Both the position numbers and the translations under genes were made by a program. Of a DNA stretch of 64,000 bases, positions 44,973-55,057 are shown piece after piece. The DNA is from Candidatus Nanohalarchaeota archaeon (GTDB taxonomy: Archaea; Nanohalarchaeota; Nanosalinia; Nanosalinales; JAFCCC01). The stretch spans positions 32,001-96,000 of the forward strand of contig JAFCCC010000001.1 in NCBI GenBank assembly GCA_017610385.1, written 5' to 3'. The stretch's first letter is position 1. The number at the start of each line of letters is the position of its first letter. The notes below the pieces were generated by a model, which was given only the letters and a program-made list of their open reading frames with translations, did not search any database and was not told the origin of the DNA.

Positions 44973-47597
44973 ATGGATGATTCTATAAACTTTCAGAAAA
45001 TTGAACGTAAATGGCAGAAAAGATGGAAAGAAAGTAAGATTTTTCAGGTAAAAGAAAACTCAAAGAAAAAAAAGTTCTACAATTTAGAAATGTTGCCGTA
45101 CACTAGCGGATTAGGCTTGCATATGGGCCATGTAAGAAATTATTCGATTGGGGATTCTTTCGCACGTTTTAAAAGAATGAATGGTTTTAATGTTCTTTAT
45201 CCTATGGGTTTTGACGCTTTTGGACTTCCTGCAGAGAATGCAGCTATAAAGAACAATATTCATCCAAAAAAGTATACAGACAAAGCAATTACACTATACA
45301 AAAATGCAATGGAAAGAATAGGTTTGAGTTATGATTGGAGTCGAGAACTTGCAACTTGTAATCCAGATTATTATAAATGGAATCAATATTTCTTTTTGAA
45401 ATTTTTGGAAAATGGATTAATTTACAGAAAAAAAGCGCCGGTGAACTGGTGTCCGAAGTGCAATACGGTTTTGGCAAACGAACAAGTCATAAACGGTAAA
45501 TGCTGGAGACATGAAGACACAGAGGTCAAAACGAAATATCTAGAACAATGGTTTATTAGAACCACAAAATATACAGAAGAATTATTAGAATATATTGATA
45601 AACTAGATTGGCCTGAAAAAATAAAGTCCATGCAGAAAAATTGGATTGGAAAAAGCGAGGGAACAGAAATATTATTTGAAATTAATCAGAAAAAGTGGCC
45701 TGTTTTTACAACGCGGCCAGATACGATTTATGGAGTAACCTTTATGGTTATTTCTGCTCAGCATCAAAAATTAGATGAATTAGTTACAAAAAAGCAGAAA
45801 AAGAATGTTGAAAAATTCCTGAAAAAAATAAGGGCGACAACTGAAAAAGATGCAGATATTCTAGAAAAAGAAGGTGTTTTTACAGGAAGTTATGCTATTA
45901 ATCCAATCAATAAAGAAAAAATTCCAGTTTATGCTGGTAATTTTGTTTTGGCAGAATATGGCTCTGGAATGGTCATGGCAGTTCCAGCGCACGATCAAAG
46001 AGATTTTGAATTCGCAAAAAAGTATAAAATACCGATTAGAACTGTAATTAAACCAAAAAAAAGTGATGCGAATGCTCAAAAATTGAAGAAAGCATACACC
46101 CAAAATGGGCGTTTAGTTAATTCTGAAAAATTTGACGGTTTAGAAAATTCAAAGGCCATTAAAGAGATTTCAAAATATTTAGAGAGAAAAAAGCTCGGAA
46201 AAAGAATTGTGCAATATAAATTAAGAGATTGGTTGATATCTAGACAAAGATATTGGGGAACACCAATACCGATAATCTGGTGCGGACACTGTGGTTTTGT
46301 GCCAAGTCCCGAGGAAGATCTACCAATTCTACTTCCAAAAAATGTAAAATTCGGTGAAAAAAATCCGTTAGAAACCAATGCTAATTTTATCAAAACAACC
46401 TGTCCAAAATGTGGTCGGCCTGCTAGAAGAGAAACAGATACAATGGATACCTTTTTTGACAGCTCTTGGTATTATTTGAGGTATTGCGATCCTAAAAACA
46501 ACAAAGAACCATTTAGTACAGAAAAAATAAATCATTGGATGCCCGTAGATCGTTATATTGGAGGAGCGGAACATGCTGTACTTCATTTACTATATGCAAG
46601 ATTTTTTACAAAAGCATTACGAGATTTAGGATATTTGAAATTTGATGAACCTTTTACTAGTTTGTTTAATCAAGGAATTGTACACAAAAACGGTTTGAGA
46701 ATGAGTAAAAGTAAGGGGAATGTGGTCACGCAGGAAGAAATAGAAAAAAAATATGGTATAGACACAGGAAGAATTTATGTTTTATCTGTGGCGGCACCAG
46801 GAAAAGATATTGAATGGGATGATAAAGATATTGGTGGTTCTTTTAGATTTATTAATAAATCTATGGCACTCTTAGAACGGAGTAAAAACATAAAAATGGA
46901 AGAAAAAGTCGAATCAAAAACGAATTTAGTTATAAAACGCGTTACAGAAGAAATGGAATATTTTGGGATGAATAAAGCTATTCGAATACTTATGGAATAT
47001 GTAGATTATTTATATTCTATAGAAATAATACCAAAAAAGGCTCTAGAGAGTTTTTCACTATTACTAAATCCTTTCGCACCACACATTTCAGAAGAAATGT
47101 GGGAAAGATTAGGAAATAATACGTTTGCTTCAATTCAAAAATGGCCCAGGTTTGACGAAAAGAAAATTAATATGGATTATGAAATTGAAGAACAATATCT
47201 TCAGGATATTTTTTCTGATTTGAGAGATGTTTCTAAATTTGTGAAATCATTTAAAGAAATCAAAATAATTGTGGCTTCAGAATGGAAAAACACACTTTTT
47301 AAAAAAATAAGTGTGATTGGCAGAAAAAAAGAATTAATTTCAGAGTTAATGAAAACTGCTGGATTTAAAAAACAAAGTCGATTTACAATAGATTCTGCTC
47401 AAAAATACATGAAAAATCCTGGAAATATTCCAGAACGCTTGTTGGGTATGCAAAAAGAGTTTGAAATTCTGGTTCAGAATCAGAAAGATTTTGAAAAGGA
47501 ATTCAAAGCGAAAGTAAATGTGGTTCTTGAAGAAAATTCAAAAGACCAAAAAGCAAATAAAGCTGCACCAGGCAAACCTGCAATTATCTTGAAATGA
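44973..47597 (+). CDS. leuS: Leucine-tRNA ligase (bacterial-type core, archaeal-type C-terminus)
   Basis: LEMLPY..LHMGH, GFDAFGLPAENAA, DWLISRQRYWGTPIP, RETDTMDTF, RMSKS; ends KAAPGKPAIIL. Confidence 0.97.
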   Translation: MDDSINFQKIERKWQKRWKESKIFQVKENSKKKKFYNLEMLPYTSGLGLHMGHVRNYSIGDSFARFKRMNGFNVLYPMGFDAFGLPAENAAIKNNIHPKKYTDKAITLYKNAMERIGLSYDWSRELATCNPDYYKWNQYFFLKFLENGLIYRKKAPVNWCPKCNTVLANEQVINGKCWRHEDTEVKTKYLEQWFIRTTKYTEELLEYIDKLDWPEKIKSMQKNWIGKSEGTEILFEINQKKWPVFTTRPDTIYGVTFMVISAQHQKLDELVTKKQKKNVEKFLKKIRATTEKDADILEKEGVFTGSYAINPINKEKIPVYAGNFVLAEYGSGMVMAVPAHDQRDFEFAKKYKIPIRTVIKPKKSDANAQKLKKAYTQNGRLVNSEKFDGLENSKAIKEISKYLERKKLGKRIVQYKLRDWLISRQRYWGTPIPIIWCGHCGFVPSPEEDLPILLPKNVKFGEKNPLETNANFIKTTCPKCGRPARRETDTMDTFFDSSWYYLRYCDPKNNKEPFSTEKINHWMPVDRYIGGAEHAVLHLLYARFFTKALRDLGYLKFDEPFTSLFNQGIVHKNGLRMSKSKGNVVTQEEIEKKYGIDTGRIYVLSVAAPGKDIEWDDKDIGGSFRFINKSMALLERSKNIKMEEKVESKTNLVIKRVTEEMEYFGMNKAIRILMEYVDYLYSIEIIPKKALESFSLLLNPFAPHISEEMWERLGNNTFASIQKWPRFDEKKINMDYEIEEQYLQDIFSDLRDVSKFVKSFKEIKIIVASEWKNTLFKKISVIGRKKELISELMKTAGFKKQSRFTIDSAQKYMKNPGNIPERLLGMQKEFEILVQNQKDFEKEFKAKVNVVLEENSKDQKANKAAPGKPAIILK

Positions 47598-47867
47598 TCA
47601 ATATTCCTCTAAACTTTTTCTTAGAACTGGATTTAAAGTGACGCGGGGTTTAATATGCGTTCTTTCTATTATTTGTTCTATATCTCCCAGTCTCTGATCT
47701 AATTGATCTAATTTATTTTGTAGTTCCGCTATACCCACCCAAATCTGTGCTATAGTTGGATTTTTACAATAGTAATATGCATTTTGATGCATTTTAACGC
47801 GTTTTAAAATTTTATTCAGTTTAAATTCTATATCAGAACTTAATTTATTTCGCCAATCAGTCAACAT
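47598..47867 (-). CDS. Hypothetical protein
   Basis: 89-aa ORF with DWR...AY...AQIWVGIAEL pattern and a coiled coil. Confidence 0.7.
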   Translation of the reverse strand: MLTDWRNKLSSDIEFKLNKILKRVKMHQNAYYYCKNPTIAQIWVGIAELQNKLDQLDQRLGDIEQIIERTHIKPRVTLNPVLRKSLEEY

Positions 47868-47921
47868 ATTTTAAAAATAGACTCAAATTTTTAAATAGTA
47901 TGCTTCTATAAAAAGAATAAG

Positions 47922-48563
47922 ATGAAAAAAGGAGATGTAATTGAAATAGAGTATGTTGGAAAAATCAAAGAAACTGGAAAGGTTTTTGATTTAACTTCAG
48001 AAGATGTGGCAAAAGAAAATGGGGTTTATATTTCACAAGGAGAATATGGTCCAAGAAAGATTGTTCTTGGTGCAGATTACATTCTAAAAGGATTAGATGA
48101 AAAGTTAAAAAAAATGAATGTCGGAGAAAAAAAAGAAATTGAACTTTCACCAGATTTAGCTTTTGGGAAGCGAAATCCAAACTTAGTAAAATTAGTTTCT
48201 GAAAAAAGATTTAAATCAGACGGCGTAAAAGCGGAAATTGGTACCCTCGTTTCCTTAGGTACCTCTATTGGAAAAGTCATTAGTAAGGGTGCGGGAAGAG
48301 TTAAAGTGGATTTAAATCACCCGTTAGCAGGAAAAAAACTTGTTTACACAATTAAAATTAACAAGCAAATTACAGAAAATGAAGAAAAACTTTCTACAAT
48401 CTTAAAGCATCGATTAGGAGTAAATACGAAAAATTTCGCGTTAGATTTAGAAAAAAAGACATTAGAGATAAAGGTGAAGGACATTACAGATGTAATGCAA
48501 AAGAAAATCGTTTCTGACATTAAGTTGTGCTTCTCTGACATTGAGAAGGTTAATTTTAAATAA
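47922..48563 (+). CDS. FKBP-type peptidyl-prolyl isomerase (SlyD-like, archaeal long form)
   Basis: GDVIEIEYVGK..GKVFD, AFGKR, VDLNHPLAGK. Confidence 0.93.
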   Translation: MKKGDVIEIEYVGKIKETGKVFDLTSEDVAKENGVYISQGEYGPRKIVLGADYILKGLDEKLKKMNVGEKKEIELSPDLAFGKRNPNLVKLVSEKRFKSDGVKAEIGTLVSLGTSIGKVISKGAGRVKVDLNHPLAGKKLVYTIKINKQITENEEKLSTILKHRLGVNTKNFALDLEKKTLEIKVKDITDVMQKKIVSDIKLCFSDIEKVNFK

Positions 48564-48612
48564 CTACTACTTAGAAACGCAAAATAACATATTTATTTAA
48601 AAATTCCTGATA

Positions 48613-49740
48613 ATGTATGTTTCACAGGGTTGGGAGATATATATGAATAACATAAATGATTCGGATATTATGAATATTTCTAGATCACAAACTGATCATA
48701 GTATTGATGAAGATTTAAAAAAGATTCTTGAAGAACGACAGGCTCAAATTGTTGTTGTTGGTACTGGTGGAGCAGGAAATAACACTGTTACAAGATTAAC
48801 TACTGTTGGGATCATAGGAGCAGAAACAGTTGCAATTAATACTGACGCTCAAGATTTACTTTATGCTGACGCAGATAAAAAAATTTTAATAGGCAAAGAT
48901 TTGACTAATGGATTAGGTGCTGGTGCAGATCCAAATGTAGGACAAGAATCTGCAAGAGAAAGCAAAGATCAAATTAAAAAAGCGCTTCATGGCGCAGATA
49001 TGGTATTTATTACGTGTGGTCTTGGTGGAGGAACTGGAACAGGAAGTGCGCCAATTATTGCAGAAGTTGCTAAAAAAATGGGTGCATTAACAGTTGGAAT
49101 TGTGACTCTTCCTTTTAGAATGGAAGGAATGCAAAGATCTGAAAACGCGAGAAGAGGATTAGAACAAATGGAAGCGGGGGTTGACACACTAATTGTTATT
49201 CCTAATGATAAATTATTAGAAATCGTACCTGATGTTTCTTTAAATACTGCATTTAAAATTGCAGATGAAATTTTGGTTAATGCAGTAAAAGGCGTAACAG
49301 AACTAGTTACAAAACCAGGATTGATTAATTTGGATTTTGCAGATATAAGAGCAGTCATGGGCCAAGGAGGAATAGCGATGATTGGAATGGGACAATCAGA
49401 TACAGAGAATAGAGCAAGAGAGGCTGTTGGTAAAGCATTAACAAATCCTTTATTAGATGTCGAAATAAACGGCGGAAATGGTGCTTTAATTAATGTTTCT
49501 GGTGGAACGGATATGACTTTAAAAGAAGCGCAAGAAGTCGTAACAGCTGTTTCTGAAAAATTAGATCCTTCTGCGAAAGTAATCTGGGGAGCACAAGTTC
49601 AAAAGGATTTGGAAAACACTTTAAGAGCCATGATTATTGTAACTGGAGTTCAATCACCACAAATATTTGGACCAGATCAATCCTTTAAAGTGGAATATAC
49701 AAAAGAAATTGAAAAAGAACTTGGAATTGAATTTGTATAG
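48613..49740 (+). CDS. ftsZ: Cell division protein FtsZ
   Basis: GGAGNN, GLGAG, GLGGGTGTG, INLDFAD. Confidence 0.98.
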   Translation: MYVSQGWEIYMNNINDSDIMNISRSQTDHSIDEDLKKILEERQAQIVVVGTGGAGNNTVTRLTTVGIIGAETVAINTDAQDLLYADADKKILIGKDLTNGLGAGADPNVGQESARESKDQIKKALHGADMVFITCGLGGGTGTGSAPIIAEVAKKMGALTVGIVTLPFRMEGMQRSENARRGLEQMEAGVDTLIVIPNDKLLEIVPDVSLNTAFKIADEILVNAVKGVTELVTKPGLINLDFADIRAVMGQGGIAMIGMGQSDTENRAREAVGKALTNPLLDVEINGGNGALINVSGGTDMTLKEAQEVVTAVSEKLDPSAKVIWGAQVQKDLENTLRAMIIVTGVQSPQIFGPDQSFKVEYTKEIEKELGIEFV

Positions 49741-49805
49741 GCATCATTTGTAACAAACAAGTTCTCTAAGACACAGAAATTCATCACAGCAAAGGTACAT
49801 TGGTT

Positions 49806-51149
49806 CTAATTAAAATCAAAAGAATTTAAAACATTTTTTAACTCTAAAAATCGCTTTTCAATAAGCTTTTCCTTTTCAGAATTTCTCTTTTTTAGTTGTT
49901 CTACTTCCTGAAATTCTGTTTCAATATTGCTTTTGATTTGTTCAATCTCTTTTTCTAGGGCGGTTTGTTTTTCTCTGTGCGAAGTAATCTTTGATTTCTC
50001 TAATTCAACAAATTCAGATTGAATATTCTTGTATTTTAAAATTAATTTTTCAAAAAGATTTTGATTTAATATTTCGTTTAATTTTCTGGTAATTTTTCCT
50101 TTGTTTTTTAATTCAATTTTATTTTCTAAAATACTATCCCTAAACCTATTCAAAATTAGATTTAAAGAAATAATATTGTCCTTTTCTGTTAAAACACCCA
50201 GGGGATCCTCAAGAAATTTGTTTGTCAATAATATTTTGTCTTTTGTTATTTTTCCGGATTTTTGAGAAAAATAAATAAATTTCTTTAATGGGTGTTCTAT
50301 AGATGACACTTGTGCATGAATTTTGCTTTTAGTAAGTAAAAGATCTTGATATAGTTTTTTATGCAATTCTCTGTTTTTAAGATACTCTGAATTTTCTCTT
50401 AGAAGGTTAATTTGTTTTTCCAGATCCTTTTCCTTAGTTCTTTGATTTTTCAGTTTAGTACTGAATCTAATGATCTCTTTTTTATTATTGCTTATATTTT
50501 CTTTTTCTAATTTTATTTTAGATGAGAAATCCTGTGCAGAGTTTATTTGTGCGGTCTGCGTATTTTGTTCCCAAACAGACACACTAAACTCACGTATTTT
50601 AGAACTTAGTTCTTTGAATGAATCTAAAGTGTTTTTGCTCTCTGGGATTAAAAGATTCCTGAAAAACAGGAAATCGCGCATGGATTTTTTGTTAAAGTCG
50701 ATTAATAGGTGATTTACTCGTTCATTATACTCTACAATGGAATTAGTATCAGAAAGTGATTTTCTTAGCTGTTTCAATAAATTCTGGCCTTTCTCTGTGA
50801 AATTTTTTCTATGAATCTTTAGTAAATTCAAATGAGCTTTATCGCTTTTTGTTAGTGTGCTTCCAAAATTCCTTTTAAAGTTTGCTTTGTTTAATTTTTT
50901 TAGATAATCTTCAAATAACTGCGCGTTTTTTTGTATTTCATTGTATTTGATATGTGAGGTGATTTTAAATTCTCTTACTTGTTTTTGACGTGTCTCTTTT
51001 AAAAAAGAATCAATATGCTCTAAATCAAAATCTTTTAGAGACGCTTTATTTCTTGCGGTTATCTTAGGAGTTTTTTCAGTTTCTTTTCTTATTATTTTGC
51101 TACTTTTTGTGTTTCCAAATATTTTTCCAAGTTTTGAGAACAAATTCAT
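49806..51149 (-). CDS. Hypothetical coiled-coil protein inserted between ftsZ and secE
   Basis: Long Lys/Glu-rich heptad ORF, no recognisable catalytic motif. Confidence 0.7.
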   Translation of the reverse strand: MNLFSKLGKIFGNTKSSKIIRKETEKTPKITARNKASLKDFDLEHIDSFLKETRQKQVREFKITSHIKYNEIQKNAQLFEDYLKKLNKANFKRNFGSTLTKSDKAHLNLLKIHRKNFTEKGQNLLKQLRKSLSDTNSIVEYNERVNHLLIDFNKKSMRDFLFFRNLLIPESKNTLDSFKELSSKIREFSVSVWEQNTQTAQINSAQDFSSKIKLEKENISNNKKEIIRFSTKLKNQRTKEKDLEKQINLLRENSEYLKNRELHKKLYQDLLLTKSKIHAQVSSIEHPLKKFIYFSQKSGKITKDKILLTNKFLEDPLGVLTEKDNIISLNLILNRFRDSILENKIELKNKGKITRKLNEILNQNLFEKLILKYKNIQSEFVELEKSKITSHREKQTALEKEIEQIKSNIETEFQEVEQLKKRNSEKEKLIEKRFLELKNVLNSFDFN

Positions 51150-51336
51150 TTTAGATTAATTATTGATTTTTATTCTATAAATGCATGGTGGCAGCGAGTT
51201 TTCGAGAATAAATTTATAAAGGTTGTTGTAAAAACCTAATTAAACTCGCTTAACTGCTTTGGCAGGAGAGATAAAAAATGAAGTTCGGAATGCGAACTTA
51301 AACTTGAATTAATTCTTTCTTGTCTTTGGTGAAAAA

Positions 51337-51507
51337 ATGAGTTTTAAGAAAAAAATTAAAAATTATATTCGGGTATTAAAAATAACAAAAAAGCCCAATA
51401 AAAAGGAGTTTTGGGGAAGTGCTAAAATTACGGCCCTTGGAATCGCAATAATTGGCTTCATAGGTTTTTTAATTTACATAATAGCAACTATGATACAAAA
51501 CATTTAG
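51337..51507 (+). CDS. secE: Protein translocase SecE/Sec61-gamma, not in the ORF track
   Basis: YIRVLKITKKPNKKEF...ALGIAIIGFIGFLIY; GGTGA RBS; upstream of spt5. Confidence 0.93.
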   Translation: MSFKKKIKNYIRVLKITKKPNKKEFWGSAKITALGIAIIGFIGFLIYIIATMIQNI

Positions 51508-51517
51508 AAGGGAAAAA

Positions 51518-51949
51518 ATGATCTTAACTGTAAGGACAACAAGAGGTAGAGAGAAAACTGTCGTAGATTCTCTTGAAGCACGAATGAGTCAAGAGAATAT
51601 TGAAGTTCAGTCAATATTTTACCCACAAGAGTTAAAGGGTTATATTTTTGTTGAAGGGGACGAGAGTGCGGTCGAACAATTGGTTCGTAATTTAAGGCAC
51701 GTTCGAGGTGTAATAAAAAAGCCTGTTCCAATGGAAGAACTTGAGAAGTTCTTGTCAGAAAAACCCAAGGAAATCGAATTAGAAAAAGGGGATGTTGTTG
51801 AAGTCATTGGAGGACCATTTAAAGATGAATTAGCTAAAGTAGACCGTATTGATAAGGTTAATAGAGAAGCAACAATTGAACTGTTAGATTCGCCAGTACC
51901 AATCCCATTAACAATTGATGTAGAACAATTAAGAAAAAAGAGAGATTAA
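51518..51949 (+). CDS. spt5: Transcription elongation factor Spt5/NusG
   Basis: RTTRGRE, KGYIFVE, GDVVEVIGGPFK KOW motif. Confidence 0.96.
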   Translation: MILTVRTTRGREKTVVDSLEARMSQENIEVQSIFYPQELKGYIFVEGDESAVEQLVRNLRHVRGVIKKPVPMEELEKFLSEKPKEIELEKGDVVEVIGGPFKDELAKVDRIDKVNREATIELLDSPVPIPLTIDVEQLRKKRD

Positions 51950-51950
51950 A

Positions 51951-52433
51951 ATGGCAAAAAATATGATTTCAGCATTAGTAGAAGGCGGAAAAGCCTCTGC
52001 AGGGGCTCCTTTAGGTCCTGCTTTAGGCCCCTTAGGAGTAAATATTGGTAAGGTTGTATCTAAGATTAATGAAAAAACTGCGGCGTTCGCTGGAATGAAA
52101 GTACCTGTAACTGTGGTTGTAGAACTGCGCGATAAATCTTTTGAGATTGAGGTGGGTTCACCGCCAATTTCCGCATTATTAAAAAAACAAATTTCATTAG
52201 AAAAAGGATCTGGGCAAGCAGGAAAAGAAATTGTAAAAGATGCGGCTTTAGATGATATTATTGCAGTAGCAAAAATGAAAATGGATGGCTTATTTTCAAA
52301 GACATTAAAATCAGCAACAAAAGAGGTTTTAGGAAGCTGTCTAACAATGGGTATCTCAATTGAAGGAAAAGATCCGCGAGAGATTCAAAAAGCAATAACA
52401 GAAGGAGAATTTGATTCAAAATTAGAGGAATAA
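51951..52433 (+). CDS. rpl11: 50S ribosomal protein L11
   Basis: LVEGGKASAGAPLGPALGPLG, GMKVPV. Confidence 0.97.
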   Translation: MAKNMISALVEGGKASAGAPLGPALGPLGVNIGKVVSKINEKTAAFAGMKVPVTVVVELRDKSFEIEVGSPPISALLKKQISLEKGSGQAGKEIVKDAALDDIIAVAKMKMDGLFSKTLKSATKEVLGSCLTMGISIEGKDPREIQKAITEGEFDSKLEE

Positions 52434-52434
52434 A

Positions 52435-53055
52435 ATGAGTGTACTTGATACAATTAAAAAAGTGAAAGAACAATCAAAAAAAAGAAAATTCAATCAGTCA
52501 ATGGATATTGTAATTAATTTGAAAAATGTGGATTTGAAAAAACAAGAAAATAAATTTACAGCAGATTTTCAATTTCCTTATGCAGTTTCTAATAAAAGAA
52601 TAGGAGTTATAGGAGAAGTAATTACTAAAAAAGCAAAAGATGCTGATGAACTTATTAATAAAAGCAAATTACAGGAATTAATTAAAGATAAGAAAAAAGC
52701 AAAGGAGTTTTTCAATACATTGGATTTCTTAATTGCTGAGGCACCGCTAATGCCTACCATCGCTAAAGAATTCGGTATTATCTTGGGTCCAAGAAATATG
52801 ATGCCGAAACCACTGCCTATTCAAGAAGATCCATCAAATATGATTAATGCCTTAAAAAAGACAATTACTATTAAATTAAAAGATGCTGCGATCATTCAAT
52901 GCAAAATTGGACATGAAAAAATGGAGAATAATCAAATTAAAGAGAATGCTGAAACACTTCTTTCATTTATTCGAGGGAAATTACCAAAAGGAAATAACAA
53001 TATCAAAGATATTCGATTAAAATTAACAATGGGTGCGCCTATAAAGGTGAAATAA
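52435..53055 (+). CDS. rpl1: 50S ribosomal protein L1
   Basis: KRKFNQSMDIVINLK, LGPRNMMP, KLTMG. Confidence 0.96.
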   Translation: MSVLDTIKKVKEQSKKRKFNQSMDIVINLKNVDLKKQENKFTADFQFPYAVSNKRIGVIGEVITKKAKDADELINKSKLQELIKDKKKAKEFFNTLDFLIAEAPLMPTIAKEFGIILGPRNMMPKPLPIQEDPSNMINALKKTITIKLKDAAIIQCKIGHEKMENNQIKENAETLLSFIRGKLPKGNNNIKDIRLKLTMGAPIKVK

Positions 53056-53056
53056 A

Positions 53057-53914
53057 ATGGTTCTATCAAGACAAGGCAAAAAAGAAACAGTAAAGCAATT
53101 TCAAGAGCTAATAACGAATTCTAAAGTTGTTGGATTATTAAATATGGAAATGTTGCCTTGTAAACAATTACAAACAATTAAAAAAGAACTTAGGGGAACC
53201 GCGATCATTAAAATGAGTCGAAAAAGAATTATGAATTTGGCAATTGATGCGTCTAAACGAGGAGACTTGAAGGATCTTAATCTTAATAGCTTAAATCAAC
53301 CAGCATTATTGTTCTCAGATAAAGATTCTTTTAAGTTATTTGCAGAAATTAAGAAGAGAAAGATTCCTACTGGAGCAAAAGAAGGCGCGATCGTTCATAA
53401 AGACGTTTTTATAGAAGAAGGACCTACAGATTTACCACCTGGCCCAGCAATGTCTGAAATTCATAAAATAGGTTTAAAAACAAAAGTAGAGGGTGGCAAA
53501 ATTTCAATAATGGGCAGTAAAAAAGTTCTAAGTTCTGGTGATGAAATAACAAAAGATATTGCAAATGTTTTAAATAAATTAGGAATTGAGCCATTGGAAA
53601 TTGGTTTAGATTTAGTAAGCACTTGTGAAAATGGAAAATTATTCACAAGAGAAGTTTTAGATATTGATCAAGAACAATATATAACAGACCTTATCTCTTG
53701 CTCCCAGAAAGCATTTAATTTAAGTATAAACGCGGGAATACCTACAAAACAGACGATAGTTCCTATGATTCAAAATGCGTTCCAAAAAGCAAAGAATTTG
53801 GGTGTAAATGCAGAAATTATGGACTCTGGAATTGTGGGTGAATTAATAGCGAAAGCAGTAAGTGAAGCAAAATCTTTGGAATCACAAATAGACATAAAGA
53901 CCTTTGAAAAATAA
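53057..53914 (+). CDS. rpl10: 50S ribosomal protein L10/P0
   Basis: QLQTIKKELRG, GPTDLPPGP, LNKLGIEP; lacks the acidic C-terminal tail. Confidence 0.95.
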   Translation: MVLSRQGKKETVKQFQELITNSKVVGLLNMEMLPCKQLQTIKKELRGTAIIKMSRKRIMNLAIDASKRGDLKDLNLNSLNQPALLFSDKDSFKLFAEIKKRKIPTGAKEGAIVHKDVFIEEGPTDLPPGPAMSEIHKIGLKTKVEGGKISIMGSKKVLSSGDEITKDIANVLNKLGIEPLEIGLDLVSTCENGKLFTREVLDIDQEQYITDLISCSQKAFNLSINAGIPTKQTIVPMIQNAFQKAKNLGVNAEIMDSGIVGELIAKAVSEAKSLESQIDIKTFEK

Positions 53915-53917
53915 AGA

Positions 53918-55051
53918 TTACGTTTTTAGTCCGTGCCCTGTTATTATACAGACAATTGTTTTTTCACGTAATTGTTCGCGCGTTTGCTTTTTTTTTGACA
54001 ATTTGATTAATCCTGCCAAAGAGACTGCACCAGATTCTTCTGCATAAATACCTTCTTGCTGAGCTAAAAGTCGTTTGGCTTCTAAAATTTCGCGGTCAGA
54101 AACAGTTATTCCTAACCCATTTGATTCTTGAAGTGATTCTAATGCCTCTTGACCATCTAATGGACTTCCACAGGCAATAGCAGCAGCAACTGTAACTGGA
54201 TCATTAACATACGAAGGAGCACTATTATTTAAAAAAGAGCCAATAACTGTATCACAGTTTTCAGATTGTACGCCAATCATCTTCGGTGTTTTTTCAATTA
54301 AACCAGTTAGCTTTAATTCTTTAACACCTTTCCATATTCCTTTTAGCAAAGTTCCATTACCGATAGGAACTACAATGTAATCTGCATTAAGTTCATCCAT
54401 AATTTCATGACCAACACTCTTTTCACCTTCTCCTCTGTATGGGTAATCTCCTAGAAGATAAATACCTTTTTTATTAAACATTTCCATAGCTTTCTGTGCA
54501 GCTAAAACATAATCTCCGTGAACTTGGATTATTTTCGCTCCATGACTCTTCATTTGTTTTCTTTTTATTCCTGGCGTTTTCTCGGGAATGAAAATATTGG
54601 CTTTAATCTGAGCCTTTGCACAATATGCTGCAATTGATGCGCCCATATTCCCTGTTGATGCCACTACAATTTCTTTAGAATTAAAATCAAGTGCTTTAGA
54701 AAGTTCAATAGATGTTCCACGATCTTTGAAAGATCCAGTAGGATTAGAGCTTTCTAATTTAAAATAAAGCTTAATTTTGGAGTCTTTTAAAAGATTCTCA
54801 CTAAAAATTAATGGAGTTCCGCCAGCACCGAGTTTAATTAGATTCTTATCATTTAAAGTTGGGAAAAATTCTCTGTATCGGTAATGATTAAAGGGACGTT
54901 TTCTGAGTTCCTTCCAGCTTACTTTATCTTTAATCTCGTCATAATCATAAATAACATCTAAGCCACCGCCACATTTTTCACATCTAAACTGAATTTTATC
55001 TTTCGAAACTTTGTTTCCGCATCGGACACATTGCAAATATTTAACATGCAT
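53918..55051 (-). CDS. thrC: Threonine synthase
   Basis: CVRC..CEKC, GGTPL, NPTGSFKDRG, ASTGNMGAS, PIGNG, ITGHGLK. Confidence 0.92.
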   Translation of the reverse strand: MHVKYLQCVRCGNKVSKDKIQFRCEKCGGGLDVIYDYDEIKDKVSWKELRKRPFNHYRYREFFPTLNDKNLIKLGAGGTPLIFSENLLKDSKIKLYFKLESSNPTGSFKDRGTSIELSKALDFNSKEIVVASTGNMGASIAAYCAKAQIKANIFIPEKTPGIKRKQMKSHGAKIIQVHGDYVLAAQKAMEMFNKKGIYLLGDYPYRGEGEKSVGHEIMDELNADYIVVPIGNGTLLKGIWKGVKELKLTGLIEKTPKMIGVQSENCDTVIGSFLNNSAPSYVNDPVTVAAAIACGSPLDGQEALESLQESNGLGITVSDREILEAKRLLAQQEGIYAEESGAVSLAGLIKLSKKKQTREQLREKTIVCIITGHGLKT

Positions 55052-55057
55052 TTTAAC

